This document shows positions 27,246 through 36,547 of a DNA stretch of 64,000 nucleotides, in pieces. Within the stretch, counting starts at the first letter, position 1. Every line of letters begins with the position of its first letter. A model generated the notes under the pieces. It was not told where the DNA came from. It was given only the letters and a program-made list of their open reading frames with translations, and searched no databases. Location of the stretch: the IMG/VR virus record IMGVR_UViG_3300029267_002792, one strand, 5' to 3'. The stretch comes from a virus. The translations under genes were made by a program, and so were the position numbers.

Positions 27246-28358
27246 CTAAATTGGCGAGTGCACAACAGGATCGCCAGGCCGCCTTGGCACTGCCAACCCG
27301 TTATATAGGTGCAGCCAATCATCCGTAACCGGCTGCAAAATGTCATAATTTTGGTAGGTGAACCGTAACATGTCCTCTGGAATCCGACCCCTTCGATATG
27401 CCTCGTTTGTCAAGCTCGCCCCGTACACCCACGGACTGTGGAGCTGTACGTATCCGGGCTGACCGTTCACAAGCCGGTGCCCGAGCCGAGAGAGCAACGA
27501 ATAATCCGTGTCCTGGCCCCCATACTGTTTCAGAACGCTCGGATAAACTGTAACAGCTGCCGGGACAGTATCGAGCATGTAGTAACTACCATGCCACGGA
27601 AGTGTGGTGCTGATAAGGATGTCGCACAGAAGCCCAGGATTGGGATCGCCGGTAGCCAGATCAAGATCGCAGAACCCGAAGACGCGACCGTACCTAGTCC
27701 CATTGTAGTTGTACATCTTCCAAAACAACAGGTGCTGATCCTTGACAGCCATGTTGTAGGAATTCTCCCAGGCGTACCAACCGTAGATCGTCACCGCGGT
27801 GGTCTCTGTGGGATCGGCGCCTTGGCCATTCGGACGTACGTAGATGTTGTAGTACTGGCTGTTCACCGCAACAATGCGGACCTGCATGTTTGATCCACCA
27901 GGAGCGTCCATCAGCACCCACGCCCCGCTGGACAAAAACTGATTCTGGCACCTTGACACTCGGGCCGTGATCCCGAACTCTGTTGCCCAGCCCACAACGT
28001 CATTCCACGACATCCGATCTATCTTGATCGTATTGGCATCGACGTACTCCTCGATGCGGGCCAATATCCTGTTCTGGTCGTTGGAAGCCAACAATCCGAT
28101 TATGTGATTGTCATCCACCATGGCCTGCGTAAAAGGGCCAGATGGAGAGGTAATCTGCCTCGGGTTACCGGCGTCGACAGCACAGTCAACAGGTGCGGAC
28201 ACGAGAGCCGACCCAGTCCACGCCGCGTCCCCGTCATTGGAGTTCTCCGTATAACCCCCGACCAACAGCATCTCACGAAGGTCCCACACCTCTCCCCAGG
28301 ACTGTGAGGTCGTCCTATCGGGAGTGCGGCAGTTCCGCACGAAGATGTCATTAGCCAT
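27246..28358 (-). CDS. Putative receptor-binding/fibre accessory protein, tandem paralog B
   Basis: Paralog of 26109-27230. Start placed at MANDIF by alignment with MAADIF. Confidence 0.7.
   Translation of the reverse strand: MANDIFVRNCRTPDRTTSQSWGEVWDLREMLLVGGYTENSNDGDAAWTGSALVSAPVDCAVDAGNPRQITSPSGPFTQAMVDDNHIIGLLASNDQNRILARIEEYVDANTIKIDRMSWNDVVGWATEFGITARVSRCQNQFLSSGAWVLMDAPGGSNMQVRIVAVNSQYYNIYVRPNGQGADPTETTAVTIYGWYAWENSYNMAVKDQHLLFWKMYNYNGTRYGRVFGFCDLDLATGDPNPGLLCDILISTTLPWHGSYYMLDTVPAAVTVYPSVLKQYGGQDTDYSLLSRLGHRLVNGQPGYVQLHSPWVYGASLTNEAYRRGRIPEDMLRFTYQNYDILQPVTDDWLHLYNGLAVPRRPGDPVVHSPI
28209..28253. repeat. 45-bp perfect direct repeat, copy 2
   Basis: Identical to 27081-27125. Confidence 0.85.
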
Positions 28359-28388
28359 AGCAACCTCCGAAACAGACAACCGCCACCA

Positions 28389-29243
28389 TCAGACACCCTC
28401 AACGTTGATCCCGGCCGAACCGAGATACACAGAGTCACCTGTCGTCGCACTCTGTTCGACTACGATCTCGTACATCCGAGCGACGTCGAGTATCTCGCCG
28501 CTCGCGGGGGCCGCTGACACGACAGTCAGATCGGTCTCCAAGTACTGCTGGCCATCCGAAGTCGTGCTCAAACTCGTGACCAGGCGAGGGGGTATCGGAG
28601 CCCCCGGGGGACCCAAGTCATACAAGCGAACATAGGACGTACCGGCCGCAACCAGCGTGACCCGCAAGGTGGCCCGGAAAACCGCCTTCAGCCCAGACGT
28701 GACAACCGCACCATCAAATGTCAGCTGCCCAACAACCTCCTCGATGGGACTAGCCGCCTGAACATAGGAGTAATCCGATGCGCCATCCGCAAAGACAGTA
28801 CCCGTACCGGCCCCACCACCCCCCATCGACGCGCCACCTCGCCAGTGCAGATCATTCCCGACACGCACCGCGAGCAGAATGTCTTCATCCGTGTTCGGAA
28901 CCTGATTCGCAACAGCAACCGCAATCTCGAGGTTCCTGGTCGGGGCACGAACAAGCGTTCCGTAGAACACCTGCCCATCCTCAATCGTGATAGTATTCGC
29001 CGGAATATCGAGCAAGAACCCGGTAATCGGGGAAACGATCTGAAGAGGAGCTGTCCATTGGAGCGTCGACCCCACTGCGTCCCACGTAATGGTCCCCCCG
29101 CCAACCAGAATGAGGTGGCGGTCTTCGCGCGCAGCGTAACCCGACGTATCGAGAGCCTTAGCGAAGTTTTCAAGCGCGATGTACCAAGGGTCCTGGTTTT
29201 CGTTCGGGAAGGGCCAATTCATTCGAGGCGTGTTCGCCATCAC
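28389..29243 (-). CDS. Fibre/adaptor protein sharing an N-terminal baseplate-attachment domain with 22221-24080
   Basis: RMNWPFPNENQDPWY..REDRHLIL.GG..VSPITGF..NQVPNTDE aligns with RMSWPYPAENQQSWY..REDRHLILSGG..VSPVTGF..GQVPNTDE. Confidence 0.7.
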   Translation of the reverse strand: MMANTPRMNWPFPNENQDPWYIALENFAKALDTSGYAAREDRHLILVGGGTITWDAVGSTLQWTAPLQIVSPITGFLLDIPANTITIEDGQVFYGTLVRAPTRNLEIAVAVANQVPNTDEDILLAVRVGNDLHWRGGASMGGGGAGTGTVFADGASDYSYVQAASPIEEVVGQLTFDGAVVTSGLKAVFRATLRVTLVAAGTSYVRLYDLGPPGAPIPPRLVTSLSTTSDGQQYLETDLTVVSAAPASGEILDVARMYEIVVEQSATTGDSVYLGSAGINVEGV

Positions 29244-29857
29244 TTCCTCCCCGCGAGTCGATCATCCTGCGCCCGGGCGCTCTCCTCGTGGGATGACCCC
29301 CAATACGCCTCCTCCCCGCGCAGCACCGCCGTCAGCCACCCTGAAATACCCATCATCAGATACCCGCAGGTCCAGATCACCAAAAACACAGCCACGCCAG
29401 GACCCGAGTGCCCGAAAGCCCACAAAGGTGCGCCAGCCGCTAGCCCGGTAATGAACGACCGCAGCATAGCCACTTCGGCCTGTTCAACGTGTACATGTTC
29501 ATGTGCCTGAATCCGCGTCCACTCAGCTAGCCCTTTTCGCCCTTTAGGGCCGTAGAAGATCCCGTGACCGAGAGTCGTTCCTCCCCAGGCGTACACCTTG
29601 TCCCCGTCTCGATACAGATACCACCCCTTGGGCCACGTACCAGACGTAACTGGAAAAGACCCAGCCCGAATTCGACAGGTGAGGCACGGGCCGCCCCCAC
29701 CCCCTCGTTTGCGATCGTAAGGAGGGGGAGTTTCCCAGCGAAGGTCCTCACCCCAGAACAGGCGGATAAGAAGTACTGCTGGCCACGCCACCAGCAAATT
29801 CCAGGGAAGTGCTACAAAGTACAGAATCCAGTGCGTCCACTTCATCATGACCCTCAT
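29240..29857 (-). CDS. Membrane protein with an HExxH zinc-metallopeptidase motif
   Basis: GGTTLGHGIF..IQAHEHVHVEQ, about 3 hydrophobic segments, and a terminal HEESA. Confidence 0.6.
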   Translation of the reverse strand: MRVMMKWTHWILYFVALPWNLLVAWPAVLLIRLFWGEDLRWETPPPYDRKRGGGGGPCLTCRIRAGSFPVTSGTWPKGWYLYRDGDKVYAWGGTTLGHGIFYGPKGRKGLAEWTRIQAHEHVHVEQAEVAMLRSFITGLAAGAPLWAFGHSGPGVAVFLVIWTCGYLMMGISGWLTAVLRGEEAYWGSSHEESARAQDDRLAGRK

Positions 29858-29860
29858 GCT

Positions 29861-29875
29861 GCGTCCATTGGACGC
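29861..29875. promoter_or_regulatory. Palindromic operator-like site GCGTCCATTGGACGC
   Basis: Perfect palindrome filling the 19-bp gap just upstream of the 29857 start. Confidence 0.65.
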
Positions 29876-29876
29876 T

Positions 29877-30263
29877 CTAGGTCAACACCGTGACGCCAGC
29901 GACCACCTTGAACGGCGAGGGCAGAATGACTGGGCTGCGAGTACCGCTTGCAAGCACCACCCACACATCGAAGATGTACTCCCCAGCATCCATGGCGCGT
30001 GTATCCGAGGGAACGAACTTGATCTCAGCCTTCCCCTCCTTCGGATGCGTGATGTCCACCTGCGTCGCTCCCGCATCACTGTCCTTCTGAATCAGCGGAG
30101 AAGGGTCTGCCAAGGCGCACTTCACAGAGAGAATGACCCGAGCCCCCGTCAGGTCCACTTCCTCCTCTTCACCATCAACCACTTCCAACTCGAAAGTCTT
30201 GGACGCACCTCGGTAGATTTCGATCTCGTTCTCGGGTCCCAAGATACTCGTAGTGCCTGACAT
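29877..30263 (-). CDS. BppU N-terminal-like Ig-fold virion protein
   Basis: IEIYRGASKTFELEVVD..VDLTGARV..G.A.I.F.P.DT..AGEYIFDVWV. Confidence 0.6.
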   Translation of the reverse strand: MSGTTSILGPENEIEIYRGASKTFELEVVDGEEEEVDLTGARVILSVKCALADPSPLIQKDSDAGATQVDITHPKEGKAEIKFVPSDTRAMDAGEYIFDVWVVLASGTRSPVILPSPFKVVAGVTVLT

Positions 30264-30282
30264 TATCGTACCCTCTCACACA

Positions 30283-30741
30283 TCAACACACCTCCGCCAG
30301 GCTTCCATGCAGTGTACCTTCGGCCTGGAGTTCAGCGCGGAGCCCCTGCTCGGTCCTCAAAAACCCCTCAATGCCCTCTGAGGCACCCACAGAGCCTCGA
30401 AGATGGGTCTGGACAACCAGGTACCCTTCCAGCCCGTCAACGTCGCGTAGGTGCCCCGTCAAGCGGCAGACAATCGCCGCGTCCAAAACGTCGGGCGAAA
30501 GGTCAATATAGAACACCTGCACCACATCGGGCGTGATCTTCGTGACCCGTGGAGGCTCTTTCAGAGTAACCTCGCCCGTCGAGGGATCAGTCTCGTCCCA
30601 CCCGTCCGGGTAGTCCGCTCGGAGAAGGAGCCCGTTCAGAAATACTGCCGTCGTGCCGGGCCGATACGGCTGCGACACGGTAAACACCCGGTTGACCCCG
30701 TCGATAGCGCCCGATGGGACCTCGAAGTGGGGAAGCGGCAT
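30283..30741 (-). CDS. Hypothetical virion protein; N-domain paralogous to 30774-31004
   Basis: FEVPSGAIDGVNRVF..YRPGTT.VFLNGL. Confidence 0.7.
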   Translation of the reverse strand: MPLPHFEVPSGAIDGVNRVFTVSQPYRPGTTAVFLNGLLLRADYPDGWDETDPSTGEVTLKEPPRVTKITPDVVQVFYIDLSPDVLDAAIVCRLTGHLRDVDGLEGYLVVQTHLRGSVGASEGIEGFLRTEQGLRAELQAEGTLHGSLAEVC

Positions 30742-30773
30742 GCCCCCTTATACCTCAAGTTTGATGGACGTGT

Positions 30774-31004
30774 CTACGCGATCGGCGTGTAGTTGACTTG
30801 AAGGACGTCGCCGAGGCGAGGAGCCTCGTGGAGCTGCAGCTTCTTTCCGCCCATCTCCTTCCAACCGTCCTGCCCGTGTCGGCCCTGCATCAGCCCGTTG
30901 AGCCACACCTGCGTCGTACCAGGCCGGTAGTCCGTACTCACGTAGAAAATGCGGTTTACCCCATCAATCGACCCTGATGGGATCTCAAAAATAGGAAAGC
31001 TCAT
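30774..31004 (-). CDS. Small virion protein (76 aa), paralog of 30283-30741
   Basis: FEIPSGSIDGVNRIF..YRPGTTQVWLNGL. Confidence 0.7.
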   Translation of the reverse strand: MSFPIFEIPSGSIDGVNRIFYVSTDYRPGTTQVWLNGLMQGRHGQDGWKEMGGKKLQLHEAPRLGDVLQVNYTPIA

Positions 31005-31939
31005 TTGCGGTGTCGGACGGGCTCTAGCCCAAACCGTCGGCAGCGAGGCCACTCGCTCTCAGGCACCATGCGCTTGATGGACTTGACAGTGCGGTCCGAA
31101 AGCCCAGAACAGAACTCTTCCGTGGTCTCGTGACCGTTGGCCTTCTGAACGGCTTTGGTGAGCGTCCGAATCTCGCGTTGCACTGGGGCCGTATTCGCTG
31201 TCTTGCTCATCTTCCCCAGCTGCATCTCGAGGCGAGCATAGCTATCCCGGCGCTCGCGTTGCTCAGTCGCCACCTGGGTGTCCAACGCCGACAGAAACCA
31301 AATTAGGGACCCAACCGACGAGAGTCCGAAAATGATGAGGCCGATCAACCCCATGACGAAGCTGCGACGAGCGTTAGAAAACCTCTTCACCTCTTTGTCG
31401 ACAGCTACCAAATCATCCTGAGCAGTGTTCAGACGCTCCCGAGTCTTGATACCCTCAACCACGCTCGTCTCGACCTTACGTCGAGTCTCAAGGCTGGCAT
31501 CCCGGAGGTCCGCTATAACCGCTACCTGGGCGCAGTCGTGTCCACGCTCTTCCACCTTCTCAACGCGACGATCGAGCCCCTTCATCTCCGTGGTCACCTT
31601 CGTGTCGAGAATATCGACCTTCTGGAGTGCTCTGTCCGCCGACTTTTTCGAGGCCTGTACATCCTCTTGGAGGTCCGGAATCTTCTCAACGTACTTGGCC
31701 TGGTTGTTTGTCGCTCGGACGAGCCTCCGTAAGTGCTTCGACATTTGAGCGATCTCATCCCAAGCCAACTCTTGCCTGTTGACGACCGGCGTCCCTTCGT
31801 GGGCAGCGAATGACTCCGCGTCCGGGACACGCAAATCAGAACCCTTGGGTGGCGTCACAGTCAACCTCCATCGCCTATCTAGATCGACATCCTCGACGTC
31901 CAACTTGAGATCCGGAGACGACGAACGCTTCCTCGCCAT
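31001..31939 (-). CDS. Coiled-coil single-TM membrane protein (holin-like topology, unproven)
   Basis: Long coiled coil, TM segment SFVMGLIGLIIFGLSSVGSLIWFLSAL, and a C-terminal domain with two Cys. Confidence 0.55.
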   Translation of the reverse strand: MARKRSSSPDLKLDVEDVDLDRRWRLTVTPPKGSDLRVPDAESFAAHEGTPVVNRQELAWDEIAQMSKHLRRLVRATNNQAKYVEKIPDLQEDVQASKKSADRALQKVDILDTKVTTEMKGLDRRVEKVEERGHDCAQVAVIADLRDASLETRRKVETSVVEGIKTRERLNTAQDDLVAVDKEVKRFSNARRSFVMGLIGLIIFGLSSVGSLIWFLSALDTQVATEQRERRDSYARLEMQLGKMSKTANTAPVQREIRTLTKAVQKANGHETTEEFCSGLSDRTVKSIKRMVPESEWPRCRRFGLEPVRHRK

Positions 31940-32064
31940 GGGTGCACCCTCCTTGCTCTGTCCCGGCTATCCGGCCACTCATGTCTGCTCCCACAGCACC
32001 GCACGCGCAGACTATTCACACAATCCCAGAGCCGGCACAGAACCCTCCTCACACCACGACGTGG

Positions 32065-32733
32065 TCACTTCTGGTCCGTCTCAAACTCAAGTACCTCGCA
32101 TCTACCAGTACTTTCCTCGATGGTTACATACGTTTGGTGGTGAACCCAATCCCCTGCGTTCACCAACAGCACGCCTTCAATAGTCGACATCCCAGGCAAG
32201 TGCGTATGCCCCGCAAGCAAAACGTCCACATCCCAATTCGCCCGAACAAGCCGCCTGTGGAGACCCATACGAGCGCGCGCTATCACCTTGCCCGCCAAGC
32301 GTCGAGCCGCCTCCTGGATGTCCCAACCAAACAGAGAGTACACGACTGCCTCGAATCGAGTGATCACCCGCGACAGCGTCCGATGGCACGTGTAGAAGCG
32401 ATCGACGGAGTGCCCGTGCAAGAACCGGAACCTAAGGCCTGCAATCTCCTCGGTGTGGTGCGGGCACACTTCAATCTTGTGGTCCCAATGGTTGATCTCC
32501 TTGACTACCTCTTCGTCGTGATTGCCGACCGTGTACACCACATTCGCGTCTAGCCGTGAGAGTGTAGCAAGCGTTGAGTCCACCATCGTGACCTCAGGGC
32601 GCTGCCAAAGGTCGAACAGATCGCCGAGGACGAAGATCTTAGACCACTCACGCCCCTCCATCAGCGCGAACGCCCGTTTCCACCCCTCGTGACGATTGCG
32701 CCCAATATGAAGGTCTGAAACGACGAGAATCAT
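32065..32733 (-). CDS. LpxH/YbbF-like calcineurin-fold metallophosphoesterase
   Basis: All motifs intact: SDLH, LGDLFDLW, GNHD, LHGH, GHTH, NAGDW. The real start is MILVVSD at 32733, coupled to the upstream stop. Confidence 0.85.
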   Translation of the reverse strand: MILVVSDLHIGRNRHEGWKRAFALMEGREWSKIFVLGDLFDLWQRPEVTMVDSTLATLSRLDANVVYTVGNHDEEVVKEINHWDHKIEVCPHHTEEIAGLRFRFLHGHSVDRFYTCHRTLSRVITRFEAVVYSLFGWDIQEAARRLAGKVIARARMGLHRRLVRANWDVDVLLAGHTHLPGMSTIEGVLLVNAGDWVHHQTYVTIEESTGRCEVLEFETDQK

Positions 32734-33242
32734 CCCTGCACCTTTGTGAAATACGGAGAGGTCTCGCAGAACGACTGCAATGCCCCAGAGTCCATAGTCT
32801 CGGGGTCCCACTCTTCGGTCCCAGGCACTCCGGCACCCTTCAGAATGCGAGCTACAAACTCCGAGCACGTAACTTTACTAGCGTCCCGACTCGGATTAAG
32901 AATCCGGCGACCGAGAAGCCACCAGGTCATCAAGCGTAGAATGTGACCACCAAGGCTCACAAAGTCGTACCCTGTGCCAACATAGGACCTGTTCGTGCGG
33001 ATTCCGGGGGTGAGGTCGATCTCGCACGAGTATCCCACCCAGGACGACCACACCGCCTTTAGCTGTTCGGCCGGGACCTTCTGCACCCCCGCCCCCGTCG
33101 AATGCGCTATCCACCGACCACCCCAAAGCCCGGACCTGTACTCGATCCAAGAATGCGCCCACCGAGAACCAGTAAAGACCCGGATCAGCCACGACACAAA
33201 CGTCTTCTGACTGGAAAAGCCGACTGTGACGTCATACGACAT
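32730..33242 (-). CDS. Permuted papain-like amidase (YiiX/YaeF, permuted NlpC/P60)
   Basis: His precedes Cys: SRWAHSWI...GYDF...TCSEFVA. Confidence 0.75.
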   Translation of the reverse strand: MSYDVTVGFSSQKTFVSWLIRVFTGSRWAHSWIEYRSGLWGGRWIAHSTGAGVQKVPAEQLKAVWSSWVGYSCEIDLTPGIRTNRSYVGTGYDFVSLGGHILRLMTWWLLGRRILNPSRDASKVTCSEFVARILKGAGVPGTEEWDPETMDSGALQSFCETSPYFTKVQG

Positions 33243-33243
33243 G

Positions 33244-33504
33244 TCAACCGCTCCCCCTCAACAATTTCTCAGTGAGACCTAGAGTGTCGAGTACCCGACC
33301 GGACCACGCCTTGGGAGTTTCCCCGTCCTGTCTTGCCAACCGTTGGACCAACGCCCTGACCGCCTCGCGAGCTTCCACCCAAGTGAGGCTGTCCCGTCCC
33401 TGCACCCACCCCACTTCACGTGTCCGCCCATCACACCCACACAAACCGTAATGGCCGTAACAGACAGGGCACAAACGAACGGCCACCTCGATGGGCCTGC
33501 CCAT
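33244..33504 (-). CDS. Small Cys-rich protein (86 aa)
   Basis: CPVC..CGC; GAGGGGAG Shine-Dalgarno. Confidence 0.5.
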   Translation of the reverse strand: MGRPIEVAVRLCPVCYGHYGLCGCDGRTREVGWVQGRDSLTWVEAREAVRALVQRLARQDGETPKAWSGRVLDTLGLTEKLLRGSG

Positions 33505-33506
33505 GG

Positions 33507-34547
33507 TCAGCTCCCCTCTGCTAGGGACACACAGTAAAAGGCGATGGTCCCCATATCTCCTCGACATGGAATGTCGTGCTCGAGGGACACTCGTACCTCC
33601 ATCCCTTTGGAGTGGTAAAGATTGATCGCCGTCCGATACACCCACGGGATCTCGAGAATCGGACTGGAAGTGCCACGAACAGGGCCGCCTATCTGTGGGA
33701 TCGTCGGATACGCACCGTTTGCTTCGTTGATAAAATCCCCCATGGTCTTGTAGACCTTGTCCTCAAGCTGGATCTTCGTCCCAGACGGTATCTGACCCTC
33801 CTCATTCCCGATCATCTCTGGCGGGAGAAAGTAGTCTGCAATCCCCCAGACCGAAAAGCGGATCGTGTCCATCAGCACGACATTCTCTGAAAACTGCACC
33901 TCAGATCCCACCATAGATAGAATCGTCCCCTCATTAGGCGCCATGATCCATTCCGACGTGGTAACGTACGAATAATCCGCTGTGACAACAGCCCCTTCAG
34001 GAACAGCTTCATTGAACTCGACAATGCCATGCTCGTGGTGCACAACGTAATCCCCTGGCCAGTTACCGTTGGGGAGAGAGTCCAAGCAAGTGAACGGAGA
34101 TACCTCCGTCTGTACCTCGTCGTCGACGTAAATGACGGGTAACTTGCCGGAGCTGATCGAGTCCTCGTCGGACACTCTCCCGTGGTTGAGATCGACCCAG
34201 CGATGATGCTGTGCAAAAAATCGCGTTCGGTCGTGGTTGGCCTCCAGCTCCTCCCCCTCAACCCGCACTGACTTGGTGTGCCATGTCAACGGGTCGCAGA
34301 AATTTGGAGAGATGATGTTCGCGCGCGGCTCAGTCGGCTTCTCTGGCCGAATCTTCATATGCCCCGACGTGTCGAAAACTGGCTGATCGCTGTAGACCTC
34401 GACAATACATGTCTTGGTGGTATCGATCGTGTGTGCCGTATTTTTGGGGCAGGTCGTCGGTGTCGGCTCACCTTCGGCGATCAGCCAAGTTACCCACGCT
34501 GACTCGTCTTCGCACCACAACCTGTACTTGTATGTGGTCGCCATCAC
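33507..34547 (-). CDS. Hypothetical virion protein (346 aa)
   Basis: Operon-packed. Contains G.VEFNEAV..GAVVTADYSY, a motif common in phage structural proteins. Confidence 0.65.
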   Translation of the reverse strand: MMATTYKYRLWCEDESAWVTWLIAEGEPTPTTCPKNTAHTIDTTKTCIVEVYSDQPVFDTSGHMKIRPEKPTEPRANIISPNFCDPLTWHTKSVRVEGEELEANHDRTRFFAQHHRWVDLNHGRVSDEDSISSGKLPVIYVDDEVQTEVSPFTCLDSLPNGNWPGDYVVHHEHGIVEFNEAVPEGAVVTADYSYVTTSEWIMAPNEGTILSMVGSEVQFSENVVLMDTIRFSVWGIADYFLPPEMIGNEEGQIPSGTKIQLEDKVYKTMGDFINEANGAYPTIPQIGGPVRGTSSPILEIPWVYRTAINLYHSKGMEVRVSLEHDIPCRGDMGTIAFYCVSLAEGS

Positions 34548-35743
34548 GTCTTCTCCCGTACAAACTCGATATGGCCGCTGTGGACCGTGTAACGGCCTGC
34601 AGCAAGTTGCCTCACCTGAAGGTCAATGATAGCCCGCCCAACCTGAAAATCGGAGATCGGGCGGTCCGAATCGGCGAGCGTCACGTAACCAACTCCAGCA
34701 CCAGAGGAGGAGAGAACATCGCCGACAACCACCCTATGAGTCACATCGAATAAGCGGAGTTCGACAACCCCGGCAGTTGACAAGTGCGCCGCTACCACAA
34801 AGTTGTAGACGGCCGTAAACCCAGGAATTCCGTAGAGGGATGGGTCGATGCAACACCGGACAGCCGTTCTCCATGGCGTGGGATAAACTGGATTGATCGG
34901 AACAACCAAAAGGGAGGAACCGACTGGCATGTCCACACTAGACACGATCTTCGCACCAGAGGGGAGGGTGGGAGGATGGGTATGTAGACCAGTTTCTCCA
35001 CCACCTGTCAAAGCATTCAAATTTGCGTCCGTACGATTACCGCCAACGGTGAGCATGTTTGGCGAATGCTTGTTGTTCCCGTGAACAGCTGTACCGCCTG
35101 GGCGCGGAGCCCACTTCCACGGGGCTTCTGGCGCTACCTGGCGATACTCGATGTCCTCGTCCTGGACAGGAACGACTGTACCATCTGCCGGAGCCGTAAA
35201 CTCCCACACGCTTCCGGACCACTCCACTATCTCACCGTCGTGACCGACCCAATCACCACTACCAGTCCCCAAAATCAGATAGCGATCCTCAACTTCTGGC
35301 GACTCGGGAGGCTCCAAGACACTCGCGCTGATTACCGGCAGCTCCCACGTAATCCCCTCAATGGCCGCGTCGAGGGACGCTTGGTCAACAACAGGGTTTT
35401 CACCACTGAGTGCTATGTTCGCATCCAGAGCGGCCTTCTGCGCAATCGTCTGATGCCGATCATCCAAACCTACATCCGCAAGATCGCTGTGAGCGAGCAC
35501 CCCCTGTACTGGCGGACCATTTGCTGCAACCGACGAACCCTCGGCGTCCAAGTCGACCCCATCAATCGTGAGAAGTACGCTCCCGCCATCAACAGCCGCC
35601 CCTAGCTCTGGATCGCAAAGGATCTGATAGAACGGTGCGTAGTCAGTAAGAACAGCCTCCCCACTTGCCGGAATCACTACACCGATCTCGTACAACGGGA
35701 CTGGACTGCCAGTTTGATTCCTGGCCACAATCGTGTCGACCAT
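34544..35743 (-). CDS. DUF2793-like domain virion protein (399 aa)
   Basis: PPESPEVEDRYLI..G.GDWVGHDGEIVEW.G..WEF..P.DG. Confidence 0.65.
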   Translation of the reverse strand: MVDTIVARNQTGSPVPLYEIGVVIPASGEAVLTDYAPFYQILCDPELGAAVDGGSVLLTIDGVDLDAEGSSVAANGPPVQGVLAHSDLADVGLDDRHQTIAQKAALDANIALSGENPVVDQASLDAAIEGITWELPVISASVLEPPESPEVEDRYLILGTGSGDWVGHDGEIVEWSGSVWEFTAPADGTVVPVQDEDIEYRQVAPEAPWKWAPRPGGTAVHGNNKHSPNMLTVGGNRTDANLNALTGGGETGLHTHPPTLPSGAKIVSSVDMPVGSSLLVVPINPVYPTPWRTAVRCCIDPSLYGIPGFTAVYNFVVAAHLSTAGVVELRLFDVTHRVVVGDVLSSSGAGVGYVTLADSDRPISDFQVGRAIIDLQVRQLAAGRYTVHSGHIEFVREKT

Positions 35744-35745
35744 GA

Positions 35746-36546
35746 CTACGCCCTCCGCTTCAGCACAGCCAAGATCTGGCCATTCGTGACAGCAGCCCCA
35801 CCAGCAGCATTAGCAAAACCAAGATGGCCAGCGGCAAGATCGATATCAGCGGAGACGTCCTCAGTGAAGTTCCCAGTGTGCGCGAGAGACCCGACTAAAG
35901 ACACCCCCTGATAGACCTCCAAAGTCGAGGAGACGACGTTCTCCGTCTGGATTGCGAGGTACACGATCGTTGACTTCGGAACCGGGATGCCGGCTGTAGT
36001 GGAGAACTGCACGTACCCGACAGCACGGTAAGGTATACCAGCACCGGTACTTACATACCGACCAGCCTGAATGGCCAGGGTACCCACGGAGAGCCACTTC
36101 GCCCGAACGCTGTCGTACCGCATCTGCTCTTGCAACGTCAGATTGAAATACTGATCCCCTGGGTACGGAGAACCCCCTGGATCTGATATTGCGGGGGTGT
36201 TGTGCATGATCTTGTTGATGCGCGCGTCGTCCCCTAGGTGCACCCCCGAGTTCTGAAGGAGCTTCCCTGTCGCACCATCCCACCGAGCGATAGAGTTGTC
36301 CGTAGAAGAAGCAGGACCTACGACGTCCGCGCCTCCACCTTGAGCTTCCCACGCCGTGTTGGCGGAATTCCGCTTGTAGAGCTTTGCCTGATCATCCCTC
36401 CAAAAATACTCGTCCGCCTGAGGGGAGATCGGGAAGCTCGTACCATGGGGCGGGATCAAAATGCCACCAAGGCCGCGATCATACTCGTGTTGACCGACAG
36501 CAACCCAGGTATCACTAGGGTCGACTATGACTTGATTCACAGGCAT
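35746..36546 (-). CDS. Hypothetical virion protein (266 aa)
   Basis: Fibre-like motifs (SFP.SP..D.YF, VVGPASSTDNSIARWDG.TGK). Confidence 0.65.
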   Translation of the reverse strand: MPVNQVIVDPSDTWVAVGQHEYDRGLGGILIPPHGTSFPISPQADEYFWRDDQAKLYKRNSANTAWEAQGGGADVVGPASSTDNSIARWDGATGKLLQNSGVHLGDDARINKIMHNTPAISDPGGSPYPGDQYFNLTLQEQMRYDSVRAKWLSVGTLAIQAGRYVSTGAGIPYRAVGYVQFSTTAGIPVPKSTIVYLAIQTENVVSSTLEVYQGVSLVGSLAHTGNFTEDVSADIDLAAGHLGFANAAGGAAVTNGQILAVLKRRA

Positions 36547-36547
36547 G

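Noticed and set aside
26109-28358. Diversity-generating retroelement (VR/TR) explanation for the paralogous fibre genes
   Set aside because: No reverse transcriptase in the window. The identity lies in the 5' part, not at the C-terminus, and the differences are not confined to adenines.
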